Notes: a model not told the origin generated them from the sequence alone. A stretch of DNA of 64,000 nucleotides from Candidatus Aquidulcis sp. (GCA_009919005.1 RGCW01000002.1:4279-68278), one strand, 5' to 3'. Positions 45,965 to 55,721 are shown, numbered from the stretch's first letter. A program made the numbers and translations.

Positions 45965-48568
45965 ATGAACATGAAAGACATCACCACCGTATCCGCTGAA
46001 TTCGGCGGCCAGACACTTACCATCGAAACTGGTCGATTGGCCCGCCTTGCCGGCGGCGCAGTCACCGTTCGCTACGGCGACACCGTGGTCCTTGGCACGG
46101 CAAACCGCAGCGAGCCACGACCGGGCCTCGACTTCTTCCCCCTCACCATCGAATTCGAAGAGCGCATGTACGCCGCGGGTAAGATCCCGGGCGGCTACAT
46201 CAAGCGTGAAGGGCGAGCCTCTGAGAACGCAACGCTCTCCGCTCGTTTGACTGACCGACCGATTCGCCCTCTCTTTCCAGAGGGGTACAAGGATGATGTT
46301 CAGGTCGTGATCACCGTGCTGAGCGCGGATCAGGAGAACGATCCCGACATCCTTGGAACGCTTGCAGCCTCTGCTGCGCTCACTATCTCCGAGATTCCGT
46401 TCCTCGGCCCTATTGGCGCCGTTCGCGTTGGCATTGTGAATGGGGCGTTCGTGATCAACCCTACCTTTGAGCAGCTCAAGGAGAGCGATCTCGACTTGGT
46501 TGTTTCGGGAACTGTGGATGCGATCATGATGGTTGAGGCTGGTGCAAACCTGATCACCGAAGAGAAGATGGCTGAAGCCATCGAATTCGGCCACAACGCA
46601 ATCAAAGCGTTGGTCACCCTGCAAGAAGAGCTGCGCGCCAAGGTTGGCAAAGAGAAGCGTGTTCCGTACATTGAACCAGGTACCGATAGTGTCCTCGCGT
46701 TTGCTGAGGCGGCGGCAAACGGCGGAACCTTCGTCGTCGTTGATACTGAGACGACTGGTCTGGACCCCAAACTCTCTGATTTGGTTGAGATTGCTGCCGT
46801 CAAGATCAAGGGTGGCAAGATCACGGATCGATGGAGCTCTTTTGTTGACGCCGGAAATGCCATCGTTGGAGCACAGATTCATGGCATCACCAGCAAAGAG
46901 ATCAAGGGAGGGTTGGCGCCGAAGTCGGCGGCCGAAACATTTGCTGAGTTTGCCAAAGGCGCCATCTTGGTCGGTCATAACCTGGGCTTTGATGTCGCAT
47001 TCCTTGACGAGGCGGCTGGCAAGGGTCGCTCGTTTGCCACCGAGCCAGGGAGCTACCTTGATACCTACGTACTCTTTAAAGAGGCGTACCCGGAGAGCGA
47101 ATCATTCAAGCTCAGCGATCTTGCGCGAGTCTATGGAGCCACGACGACACCCAACCATCGGGCAGCTGCGGACGCAGAGGCTACGGCTGAACTCCTTCTT
47201 GTTCTCGCCGGCGAACTTCCTACTCGCCTTGCAACCTTGAAAGAGGGGATTGCTGATTCAATTCGCGCCGCCCGCAGCGGGAAGGGCGACCCGAAGGCGC
47301 TTCTGGAAGCGGCGCGCCGAAAGGCTCGTGTCGGTAGAAATCTCTTCGCATGGATGCATAAAAAGACCGCGCGAAATCTCACAATGAAAGAGGGGATCCG
47401 CCTAGACGGCCGGAAGGTTGATGAGATCCGCCCCATCTCTGTTGAGGTTGGTTTGCTCCCACGAACGCACGGATCAGGTCTCTTTACGCGCGGCGACACG
47501 CAGGCGCTCAGTGTTGCAACCCTCGGGCCGGTAGCTCAGGGCCAGCGCCTCGACACGATCTCGCCAATCACCGAGAAGCGCTATATCCATCACTACAACA
47601 TGCCGCCCTACAGCACGGGCGAAAACAAGCCGATGCGTGGCCCCGGTCGCCGTGAGATCGGGCACGGGGCCCTCGCCGAGCGTGCCCTGGTTCCGGTATT
47701 GCCGTCCATTGAGGAGTTCCCATACGCGATCCGCGTTGTTTCAGAGTGCGTGACGTCAAACGGCTCCACCTCGATGGCATCAACGTGTGGATCCAGCCTT
47801 TCACTACTCGACGCGGGCGTGCCGCTCAAGGCGTCAGTCGCTGGTGCCGCAATGGGACTCATGTCCGAGCCGAACGGTGAGTTCGTGGTCCTTACCGACA
47901 TCCTTGGAAAAGAGGATGCGTTTGGCGATATGGACTTCAAGGTGACAGGTACGCGAACTGGGATCACAGCACTACAAATGGACATTAAAGTCCAGGGGAT
48001 CAACGGGGCGATCATTCGAACGGGATTGAAGGATGCGCTTACTGCCCGACTTTCAATCCTTGACAAGATGGACGCTGTGATTAGCACAGCGCGACCCGAG
48101 CTCTCAGATTTTGCGCCGCGGATCACCACAATCAAGATCAATCCGGAGAAGATCCGTGACATCATTGGTAAGGGTGGAGCGGTAATCCGCAAGCTTCAGG
48201 ATGATTTCCAGGTCAACATCAACGTACAGGACGATGGAACGGTGCAGATCGCGTCTGCCGACCCTGAACGAACCAAAGGTGTGCTTGATGCAATCAACGG
48301 GATCACCAAAGAGGTTGAACTTGGCGCGCTCTACATGGGAAAGGTGACCCGCATCATGGGATTCGGCTGCTTCGTTGAAATCCTGCCTGGAAAAGAGGGC
48401 CTGGTCCGCATTGGTGAGCTCGCGGACTACCGCGTGAACACGGTTGAAGACGAAGTTTCTGTGGGTGATGAGATCATGGTGGTCGTCACGGAGGTTGATC
48501 GACAGGGAAGGGTCAATCTCTCTCGTCGTGCGGCGATGCAGCGACATCGTGCAGCCCCACAGGATTAG
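45965..48568 (+). CDS. pnp: polyribonucleotide nucleotidyltransferase (PNPase) carrying an inserted DEDDh exonuclease domain
   Basis: RNase PH 1, split alpha linker, RNase PH 2 (LPRTHGSGLFTRGDTQAL), KH (IIGKGGAVIRKL) and S1 (GKVTRIMGFGCFVEI) domains. 867 aa. The second ATG (45971) has better spacing from the AGGAG RBS. Confidence 0.95.
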   Translation: MNMKDITTVSAEFGGQTLTIETGRLARLAGGAVTVRYGDTVVLGTANRSEPRPGLDFFPLTIEFEERMYAAGKIPGGYIKREGRASENATLSARLTDRPIRPLFPEGYKDDVQVVITVLSADQENDPDILGTLAASAALTISEIPFLGPIGAVRVGIVNGAFVINPTFEQLKESDLDLVVSGTVDAIMMVEAGANLITEEKMAEAIEFGHNAIKALVTLQEELRAKVGKEKRVPYIEPGTDSVLAFAEAAANGGTFVVVDTETTGLDPKLSDLVEIAAVKIKGGKITDRWSSFVDAGNAIVGAQIHGITSKEIKGGLAPKSAAETFAEFAKGAILVGHNLGFDVAFLDEAAGKGRSFATEPGSYLDTYVLFKEAYPESESFKLSDLARVYGATTTPNHRAAADAEATAELLLVLAGELPTRLATLKEGIADSIRAARSGKGDPKALLEAARRKARVGRNLFAWMHKKTARNLTMKEGIRLDGRKVDEIRPISVEVGLLPRTHGSGLFTRGDTQALSVATLGPVAQGQRLDTISPITEKRYIHHYNMPPYSTGENKPMRGPGRREIGHGALAERALVPVLPSIEEFPYAIRVVSECVTSNGSTSMASTCGSSLSLLDAGVPLKASVAGAAMGLMSEPNGEFVVLTDILGKEDAFGDMDFKVTGTRTGITALQMDIKVQGINGAIIRTGLKDALTARLSILDKMDAVISTARPELSDFAPRITTIKINPEKIRDIIGKGGAVIRKLQDDFQVNINVQDDGTVQIASADPERTKGVLDAINGITKEVELGALYMGKVTRIMGFGCFVEILPGKEGLVRIGELADYRVNTVEDEVSVGDEIMVVVTEVDRQGRVNLSRRAAMQRHRAAPQD
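46727..47209 (+). other. DEDDh (DnaQ/RNase T-like) 3'-5' exonuclease domain embedded in pnp (aa ~255-415)
   Basis: ExoI FVVVDTETTGL, ExoII ILVGHNLGFDVAFL and ExoIII NHRAAADAEATAELL occur in order with typical spacing. The domain is in frame with PNPase sequence on both sides. Confidence 0.8.
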
Positions 48569-48601
48569 CTCTGCGGGAGCACGTGAAACTCCCGAGCAGA
48601 G
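48569..48601 (+). other. bulged hairpin abutting the pnp stop codon
   Basis: CTCTGCGGGAG-(9 nt)-CTCCCgaGCAGAG, 11 bp with a 2-nt bulge. It starts at the first nucleotide after TAG. No T-tract. Confidence 0.5.
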
Positions 48602-48647
48602 AGAATCGTAGGCACGGGCCGTGGCCCTCGCACGGAGAGAGTAATCA

Positions 48648-49697
48648 GTGATGGGCAGTAGCCATCCAGATGGCTTTGTCGTTGCCGTGCTTGGCGCGAC
48701 GGGACTAGTTGGTCGGACCATGATCACCGTGTTGGAAGAGCGCTCGTTTCCAGTACGAAAGCTTGTCGCGCTTGCCGCAAGCAGCGGCGATCGGACAATT
48801 CGGTTCAAGGGCCAAGAGGTTCCCGTTGAGCAGGTTCGTCCTGAATCGTTTGCCGGTGTGGATATAGCGCTGTTTAGTGCTGGTGGCTCAACCAGTTTGA
48901 TGTACGCACCAGAAGCCGCTGCGCGGGGTTGCGCCGTGATTGATAATTCTAGCGCGTGGCGCATGGATCCGGCCGTCCCGCTGGTAGTTTCCCAGGTAAA
49001 TCCCTCAGCGCTGCTAGACCACGATGGCATAATCGCCAACCCGAACTGTTCAACCATGCAGTTGGTGCCCCTTCTAAAGGCCCTTGAGGACGCTGCTGGA
49101 CTACGAAGGGTTGTGGTGGCGACTTATCAGTCAGTGTCCGGAGCGGGCGGAAAGGCGGTCCAGGACCTGCAGCAGCAACGAGAGACCCTTGTGCGCGGCG
49201 GGCAGCCGATATCGACGCAATTCCCACATGCTGTAGTTTCTAGTCCCATCCCAGCCATTGACGTCTTCCTCTCTGACGGCTCTACAAAAGAGGAGTCAAA
49301 GGTGGTACACGAGAGTCGAAAGATCCTGGGAATGCCATCACTCAAGATCGCTGCGACCGCCGTTCGCGTGCCCGTTGAGCGCAGCCATTCAGAGGCCGTG
49401 CATGTTGAGCTATCACAGCCACTCACTCCACAAGAGGCGCGGAAGGCCTTCGCAGCGATGCCAGGGGTCACGGTCCTTGACGATCCCGCAGGGCATCTTT
49501 ACCCATTAGCCGCCTCGTCCGTTGGGAGCGATGAGATTTTCGTTGGTAGGGTCAGGAGCGACCAGAGTGTCGAGCATGGGATTGCGTTCTGGGTTGTGTC
49601 TGACAACGTGCGAAAAGGGGCGGCTACCAACGCCGTACAGATCGCTGAGCTGCTTGTGGAGATGGACCTTGTCCACGGAGCCCGCCACGTCGTCTGA
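48648..49697 (+). CDS. asd: aspartate-semialdehyde dehydrogenase
   Basis: VLGATGLVG NADP site and IANPNCSTMQ active-site Cys. Confidence 0.9.
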   Translation: MMGSSHPDGFVVAVLGATGLVGRTMITVLEERSFPVRKLVALAASSGDRTIRFKGQEVPVEQVRPESFAGVDIALFSAGGSTSLMYAPEAAARGCAVIDNSSAWRMDPAVPLVVSQVNPSALLDHDGIIANPNCSTMQLVPLLKALEDAAGLRRVVVATYQSVSGAGGKAVQDLQQQRETLVRGGQPISTQFPHAVVSSPIPAIDVFLSDGSTKEESKVVHESRKILGMPSLKIAATAVRVPVERSHSEAVHVELSQPLTPQEARKAFAAMPGVTVLDDPAGHLYPLAASSVGSDEIFVGRVRSDQSVEHGIAFWVVSDNVRKGAATNAVQIAELLVEMDLVHGARHVV

Positions 49698-50358
49698 CCG
49701 GGCCGCGCTCGAACTGGTAACCCTGGCCAAAGAGATTGCCTCGTGCACCTTGTGCGACCTCTCTTCCACCCGAACTCAGACGGTTCCCGGTGAGGGGAGT
49801 CCCACCGCATCTGTCGTGTTTGTCGGTGAGGCGCCAGGCGCGCGAGAGGACCGAACGGGTCGTCCCTTCGCGGGCGCGTCGGGGCGGCTGCTGGACGATC
49901 TGCTTGCCTCAATTGCAATGCGGCGCACGGATGTCTATATCGTCAACACCGTGAAATGCAGGCCCCCTGACAATCGCAATCCTCGCCCAGCGGAGATCGC
50001 CGCTTGCGCCCCCTTTCTTGAGCGACAACTTCGACAGATTCAGCCACGTGTGATCGCTACGTTGGGACGGTTTGCGTTATCTGTCTTTGCGCCCGAGGCA
50101 CAACTTGGGGAGGTGCACGGTCGTCCGTTCGCACAGACACTCGGTCCTATCCTGCACGGCGCCACGCTATTTCCGCTCTACCACCCCGCAGCAGCCCTCC
50201 ACAACGGGAGTCTCCGCCCGACGCTCGAGCGCGATATGGCTGCACTTGGAGCGTTCATGGCGATGCTCCCTCGCGATGTGGCTGGGGAGGCTACCCTACG
50301 ACAGGCGGATTCAGGTTCACACGGGTCCGGAGCAACGAGGGGAGGGGAGGCCGAATGA
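49669..50358 (+). CDS. family 4 uracil-DNA glycosylase
   Basis: CTLC...VFVGEAPGAREDRTGRPFAGASG...VKCRPP motifs. The start is uncertain; TTG 49669 would overlap the asd 3' end. Confidence 0.8.
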   Translation: MSTEPATSSDRAALELVTLAKEIASCTLCDLSSTRTQTVPGEGSPTASVVFVGEAPGAREDRTGRPFAGASGRLLDDLLASIAMRRTDVYIVNTVKCRPPDNRNPRPAEIAACAPFLERQLRQIQPRVIATLGRFALSVFAPEAQLGEVHGRPFAQTLGPILHGATLFPLYHPAAALHNGSLRPTLERDMAALGAFMAMLPRDVAGEATLRQADSGSHGSGATRGGEAE

Positions 50359-52094
50359 CGCGACGCCCACAGCCACCACGTCGGCCCGCCGAGGCTCGTC
50401 GGTCCCATGACCCCAAGCGGCCCCCGAAGGCGGGGGGTGCGGCACCAGCTCTGCGACTGATCCCGCTTGGCGGTATGGGCGAGATCGGCAAAAACCTCTA
50501 TTTGTACGAGTATCAAGAGACGATCATTCTCGTTGACTGTGGCCTCGCCTTCCCCGATGAAACCACACTCGGCGTCGACATCATCATTCCGGATATCAGC
50601 TATCTCCGTTCCCGCCGTAGCGCCGTAAAGGCTGTTCTGATCACGCACGGTCATGAGGATCATGTCGGGGCACTCCCACACGTCCTTCCAGAGCTCCCTG
50701 GCGTTCCGGTGTATGCCAGTACCCTTGCGCGCGGCCTCCTAGCGAACAAGCTAAAGGAGCTTAAAGTTACGGCCAATCCACTACGCACCTTAGATCCTGG
50801 GGGTCGCCTCGATGTTGGCCCCTTCGTCATTGAGCCCTTCAGGGTCGGCCACTCAATTCCCGATGCGATGGGGTATGCGATCCACTCTCCTGTAGGCACC
50901 GTGATCCACACGGGGGATTTCAAATTTGACCAAACACCAGCCGACGGCAAGTCAGCGGACTTTGCCATGCTTGCACGGTTTGGTGCGCAAGGGGTTCTAG
51001 CGCTTGTCTCCGACAGCACCCGCGCAGAAGCGCCTGGCTACACCCCCAGTGAGCAGGTTGTCGGCCGTGCGTTCAAGGAGATCATTAGCAGCGCGCCGAG
51101 CCGAGTGATCATTGCGACGTTTGCCTCAAACATCGCGCGAATCCAACAGATGCTCGACGCCGCTGCCGAATTTCATCGCAAGGTTGCAATCGTGGGGCGT
51201 TCAATGGAACAGAATGTCAAAATCGCCCGTGATCTTGGCTACCTTACGTTTCCGACACCTCTGCTGGCGAAAGAAGAGATTGCCCGCAGGACCAAGGAGC
51301 CACTCGTGATCGCCACGACCGGCGCACAGGGCGAGCCAATGGCTGGGCTCGCGAAGATGGCCAACGGTGAACATCGAAATGTTGAGATCCAAAACGGTGA
51401 CACCGTCATCGTCTCCGCGTCGCCCATTCCTGGAAACGAAGAGGCTGTCGGTCGCACGATTGATAACCTGTTCAAATCTGGAGCAAATGTGATCTACCAC
51501 TCCATCGCCCAAGTTCACGTGTCTGGTCATGCTTCGCAGGAGGAGCTCAAGATGATGCTTGCGCTTACAAAGCCAAAATATTTCATCCCAATGCACGGTG
51601 AGATGAGGATGCAGGTGGCTCACGGGCGACTCGCGACACAAATGGGCGTGGCGCCCTCCGCAGTGTTCATCATTGGGAACGGAACACCCGTTGAGTTCTC
51701 ATCGGACGGGAGCGCACGCCGCGGCACCACGGTTGAGCACGGATCAACATTTGTTGACGGATCATCAGTTGGGGAGATTAGCGACGTTGTCCTGCGCGAC
51801 CGGCGTACCCTTGCGGATGATGGGATCGTCGTTGTAATTGCCACGGTAGACGCACGAAGCGGCAGACCAGTTGGGAAGCCTGCGTTGGTTACCCGCGGTT
51901 TCTTAAACGGAGACGAGGACCACCAGCTTGTTGATGAGGCAATCGCAATTGCCTTGAAAGCCATCCAACATAAAGGCGATCGGACGGTAGATTCCGGCCA
52001 AATTAAGGCTCAGTTGAGCGAGTCGGTATCACGATTCCTTGGGAAGGAGACCAAGCGTCGTCCGCTCGTTGTCCCCGTAGTTGTTGAGGTGTAA
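50355..52094 (+). CDS. rnj: ribonuclease J
   Basis: MBL motif HGHEDHVG, a beta-CASP domain and a C-terminal domain; 579 aa. Confidence 0.9.
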   Translation: MTRRPQPPRRPAEARRSHDPKRPPKAGGAAPALRLIPLGGMGEIGKNLYLYEYQETIILVDCGLAFPDETTLGVDIIIPDISYLRSRRSAVKAVLITHGHEDHVGALPHVLPELPGVPVYASTLARGLLANKLKELKVTANPLRTLDPGGRLDVGPFVIEPFRVGHSIPDAMGYAIHSPVGTVIHTGDFKFDQTPADGKSADFAMLARFGAQGVLALVSDSTRAEAPGYTPSEQVVGRAFKEIISSAPSRVIIATFASNIARIQQMLDAAAEFHRKVAIVGRSMEQNVKIARDLGYLTFPTPLLAKEEIARRTKEPLVIATTGAQGEPMAGLAKMANGEHRNVEIQNGDTVIVSASPIPGNEEAVGRTIDNLFKSGANVIYHSIAQVHVSGHASQEELKMMLALTKPKYFIPMHGEMRMQVAHGRLATQMGVAPSAVFIIGNGTPVEFSSDGSARRGTTVEHGSTFVDGSSVGEISDVVLRDRRTLADDGIVVVIATVDARSGRPVGKPALVTRGFLNGDEDHQLVDEAIAIALKAIQHKGDRTVDSGQIKAQLSESVSRFLGKETKRRPLVVPVVVEV

Positions 52095-52097
52095 TCT

Positions 52098-54392
52098 GTG
52101 GCGAAGCGAGCGAACGAGCAGCCCCAGCGATCCGCAAGGAGTCGATCACTAGCGTCTCGATCGGCACTTCGAAGCATCACCTCACTTGCGCTTGCGGTTA
52201 CAGGTGTAATCCTTGCAGTCGGCCTGCTCCTTCCAGGTCGCGGAGCGCTAGCTGATCTCCTACGCGATGTGTTTGCACCATGGTTTGGCCTTGGTCGATG
52301 GCTCTTGCCGGCACTACTGATCGCTCTCGCTATCTGGGTTGAACGCCGAATGGCTTCGGCGACCAGAGTTGCGCTGCGCCTAGCGCTGTCGACCCTATTC
52401 TTCGTAGGGTTTTTGGCGATCGTGGAGTTACTTTTTCCATCGCACGGGGGTCGGATTGGGGTAATCGCCGGTGGTGGAGCGGCGAGCCTGCTAACGGGCG
52501 TTGGCGCGTTTGCCGCCTGGATCGGCATCATGACCGGGATCGGACTGATCCTGGCCGAGTCGGCGGTGCGTGCGATGTTTGCCCTGCTGTTTAAGGGTGC
52601 CAAGGCTGGTGCAGGGGCGGTGGGTGAAGGGGTCGAGAGACTCGCAGCAGAGCGTGATCGAATTGCACGCGAGCGGGAAGAGGCGCTTGCTACCGAAACA
52701 GCTCGTAAAGCTGCAGAGAGCGCAGGCGCCACGGTCGTCAATGTCCCTACACAGGATCTCGACACCACCACTGGGGCAGTTGTGACCAAGTCGGAACATG
52801 GTGAATCCTCAGGGATCCGTTCAGGTGGCGCGGCGCGTGATCCCCAGGGTACTAGCGCTCGAGTCAGCAGCCAGGCAGCTGCAGCAGAGTCATCCAGCGG
52901 TCAGGTGCGCTGGAGCCTGCCATCGACCGAGATCCTTGATGCCCCAGGTAAATCAGTTAGCCCCAATGCCGCGATACACCAGGCGAATGCGGCAGCGATC
53001 GTCCAAAAGCTTCGAGATCTTGGCATCGAGATCATCTCCGTGACTGCAAATCCAGGGCCCGTGGTCACCCAATACGAACTTACGCCGGCACCGAACGTTC
53101 GAATCAGCCGAATTGAGGGCCTCGGCGACGATCTTGCCATGGCGCTCAGCGCACGCTCAATTCGCATCGAAGCTCCTATCCCGGGTAAGTCGGTGGTTGG
53201 GATTGAGATCCCCAATCAAGAGGCGGAAGCCATCAGAATTCAGCCACTGCTAACACCAGTTGATGCGTCAGGCATGTGGACACCTCGCCAGGCCATTCCG
53301 TTTGCCCTAGGAAAAGATGTTGCCGGAGTACCCCAGGTTCGCGACCTTGCCAGCATGCCACACCTACTCATTGCCGGAGCTACTGGGTCGGGGAAGAGCG
53401 TCATGGTAAACGCGATCATCACCTCTCTTCTCTTTGCGCGAACACCACACGATCTTCGACTCATCCTTGTGGACCCAAAACGAGTTGAGCTCTCTGGCTA
53501 CAACGGTTTGCCTCATCTACTCCTGCCAGTTATTACCGAATCCGAGAAGGCAGCGGCAGCCCTTAAGTGGGCAGTGCTTGAGATGGAGACTCGCTACCGA
53601 ACCTTCGCCAGCGCTGGCTCTCGAAATCTTGAGGGGTATAACAGTACTCGGGTTGATGCTCAAGAACGGCTCTATTCAATTGTGATCATTATTGATGAGC
53701 TGGCTGATTTGATGATGCAAGACGGACGAGAAACGGAAGAGGCGATCGTGCGAATTGCCCAGAAGGCTCGTGCAACAGGCATCCACCTCATCCTGGCGAC
53801 TCAGCGACCGTCCGTCAATGTTGTCACTGGACTGATCAAGGCCAACATCCCAAGTCGAATAGCGTTCTCTATGGCCAGTCAGATTGATTCTCGAACCGTG
53901 CTCGACGCACCTGGCGCTGAGGACCTCATCGGTCGGGGCGATATGTTGTTCCAACCATCAGACGCACCGAAGCCAACCCGAATGCAAGGGGTATACGTCT
54001 CGGATCGTGAAATCAGCGCAGTTGTATCGCACTGGCGGGAACAAGGTTTGCCAGATTATCAACTGGGAATTCTCTCTACATCAAGTCAACCGAGCAACGG
54101 CACGGATCGAAATCGCGATGAAGAGCCCGCCGATCGACTTTTTGATGAGGCGGTACAAGTTGTCGCAGAGCACGACCGCGCCTCTGCTTCGCTTCTGCAG
54201 CGGCGACTTCGAATCGGTTACGCGCGTGCGGCACGGATCATTGATCAGCTTGAAGAGCGGGGATACATCGGTTCGTTTGATGGCTCGACAGCACGGGTTG
54301 TACACCGGGAAAAGATCGCGTCCGAGACAGGGCGAGAGTCAGCGGGGGACCACGTTGAGTCGAACACGGGGGAGCCAGGGGAGTCGCGGTAA
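52098..54392 (+). CDS. ftsK: DNA translocase FtsK/SpoIIIE
   Basis: N-terminal TM helices, a linker, a motor domain with GATGSGKS, and a C-terminal gamma winged helix (RRLRIGYARAARIIDQLE). Confidence 0.9.
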   Translation: MAKRANEQPQRSARSRSLASRSALRSITSLALAVTGVILAVGLLLPGRGALADLLRDVFAPWFGLGRWLLPALLIALAIWVERRMASATRVALRLALSTLFFVGFLAIVELLFPSHGGRIGVIAGGGAASLLTGVGAFAAWIGIMTGIGLILAESAVRAMFALLFKGAKAGAGAVGEGVERLAAERDRIAREREEALATETARKAAESAGATVVNVPTQDLDTTTGAVVTKSEHGESSGIRSGGAARDPQGTSARVSSQAAAAESSSGQVRWSLPSTEILDAPGKSVSPNAAIHQANAAAIVQKLRDLGIEIISVTANPGPVVTQYELTPAPNVRISRIEGLGDDLAMALSARSIRIEAPIPGKSVVGIEIPNQEAEAIRIQPLLTPVDASGMWTPRQAIPFALGKDVAGVPQVRDLASMPHLLIAGATGSGKSVMVNAIITSLLFARTPHDLRLILVDPKRVELSGYNGLPHLLLPVITESEKAAAALKWAVLEMETRYRTFASAGSRNLEGYNSTRVDAQERLYSIVIIIDELADLMMQDGRETEEAIVRIAQKARATGIHLILATQRPSVNVVTGLIKANIPSRIAFSMASQIDSRTVLDAPGAEDLIGRGDMLFQPSDAPKPTRMQGVYVSDREISAVVSHWREQGLPDYQLGILSTSSQPSNGTDRNRDEEPADRLFDEAVQVVAEHDRASASLLQRRLRIGYARAARIIDQLEERGYIGSFDGSTARVVHREKIASETGRESAGDHVESNTGEPGESR

Positions 54393-54395
54393 CAC

Positions 54396-55718
54396 ATGTC
54401 CGACCCGCTAACTCCTCCAGTGTTGCCCAAACAGGTCGGCGCCGTAAGAACTGCAGAGCCGCCACGGATTGGCGATCGGCTCCGTCAGGCCCGTGAACGG
54501 CGTGGGCTTCGAATCGTTGACGTTGCCGCAGCGCTAAAGATACGGGTCCCGATTCTTGAAGCCCTCGAGAGGGAGGAGCACGAACGTTTGCCACCTCTTG
54601 TCTACACCCACGGACATTTACGAACCTACGCCGCCTACCTCGGATTGGATCCGGCGACCGTTGTGGCGGGTTGGGCGCTTGCGCCAACGCACCAGTTTGG
54701 CGCCGACACCAAGGCGCTACGTCCGAGTTCAGGGTGGCGAGAACGCCTCTTTGGTATGCGGCCAACCATGATTCGGTCGACACGTGGCTTGTTAGCGATA
54801 GGAGGACTGGGCCTTGCAGTGCTCGCTGCTGCGGCGCTAATGAGCCTTCAGGTGGTGCGCTTTCTTTTGCCCCCCTCAATTGCGATCATCTATCCGAGTG
54901 ACGAGGTGAGCAGCGTGCGCGCTGGGACACTTTCGGTTGAACTCAAGGGGACAGCCGATGCCAACGCAAGCATCATCATCAACTCAACGTCAGGCGCGCA
55001 GCTCGCCACACGTGCCGACGAGAGTGGCCTCTGGAACATCATCGTCCCGCTAGGTGCCGGTCGCACGGAGGTGGTCGCCCACGCGGTGAAGTCGGGTACG
55101 GGCGGGGAATCAAGCGCGACGGCCCAGCGAGTCTTCATTGTGGAACTACCCGACAAAACGACCGCCGAGATCTCGGTACTCGCTCCTGTGGCCAATCTAC
55201 TCGTCAGGGACGAGGATGTCCCCATCTCCCTGATGACCACCCCGAATAGCGAGGTCTCGATCACCGCGACCAACAGTGGGGGTGAGCTGATCGCAACAAC
55301 CGCCACGAGCGACACTGAAGGACGTATCGAGATCAGCATCCCATTACCAGCCGGACGATGGACAGTCAGTTTCACGATGCTGGCCCCCGACTCCACCCTT
55401 CGGGAGGCGACGCGTACGGTTGACGTCTCCTACACCGGAGTCACGGTTGGCGTTACTGGGGGACTGGTGCCCACATGGGTCCGTGTCTGGATAGATGGGC
55501 ACATCGAGCCCTCAATCGGCGTCTCAGGCAAAACCATTAGCCCTGGGACACGACTGCTCTTTTCAGGCTCTACGCGAATTGAGATTCGCAGTGCCGACGT
55601 TGCGAGCCTTCTCTTCACCCTGAACGGGCGTACTATAGACGGGATAGGATCGAGCAACGGGTCTGAAACATACGCATTTCTCGACTCAGGGCGGGTGGAG
55701 AGGTCGTCAAGGAGGTAG
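54396..55718 (+). CDS. RodZ-like HTH membrane protein with Ig-like repeats
   Basis: XRE-type HTH (IGDRLRQARERRGLRIVDVA), one TM helix, two internally similar beta-sandwich-like repeats, and a DUF4115-like C-terminus. In the rodZ-equivalent syntenic slot after ftsK. Confidence 0.65.
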   Translation: MSDPLTPPVLPKQVGAVRTAEPPRIGDRLRQARERRGLRIVDVAAALKIRVPILEALEREEHERLPPLVYTHGHLRTYAAYLGLDPATVVAGWALAPTHQFGADTKALRPSSGWRERLFGMRPTMIRSTRGLLAIGGLGLAVLAAAALMSLQVVRFLLPPSIAIIYPSDEVSSVRAGTLSVELKGTADANASIIINSTSGAQLATRADESGLWNIIVPLGAGRTEVVAHAVKSGTGGESSATAQRVFIVELPDKTTAEISVLAPVANLLVRDEDVPISLMTTPNSEVSITATNSGGELIATTATSDTEGRIEISIPLPAGRWTVSFTMLAPDSTLREATRTVDVSYTGVTVGVTGGLVPTWVRVWIDGHIEPSIGVSGKTISPGTRLLFSGSTRIEIRSADVASLLFTLNGRTIDGIGSSNGSETYAFLDSGRVERSSRR

Positions 55719-55721
55719 CGA

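Noticed and set aside
45893-46978. 361-aa ORF on the minus strand antisense to the 5' third of pnp
   Set aside because: It lies entirely opposite a strongly conserved PNPase reading frame. It has no recognisable motifs and no RBS. It looks like a typical stop-free shadow frame of a GC-rich gene.
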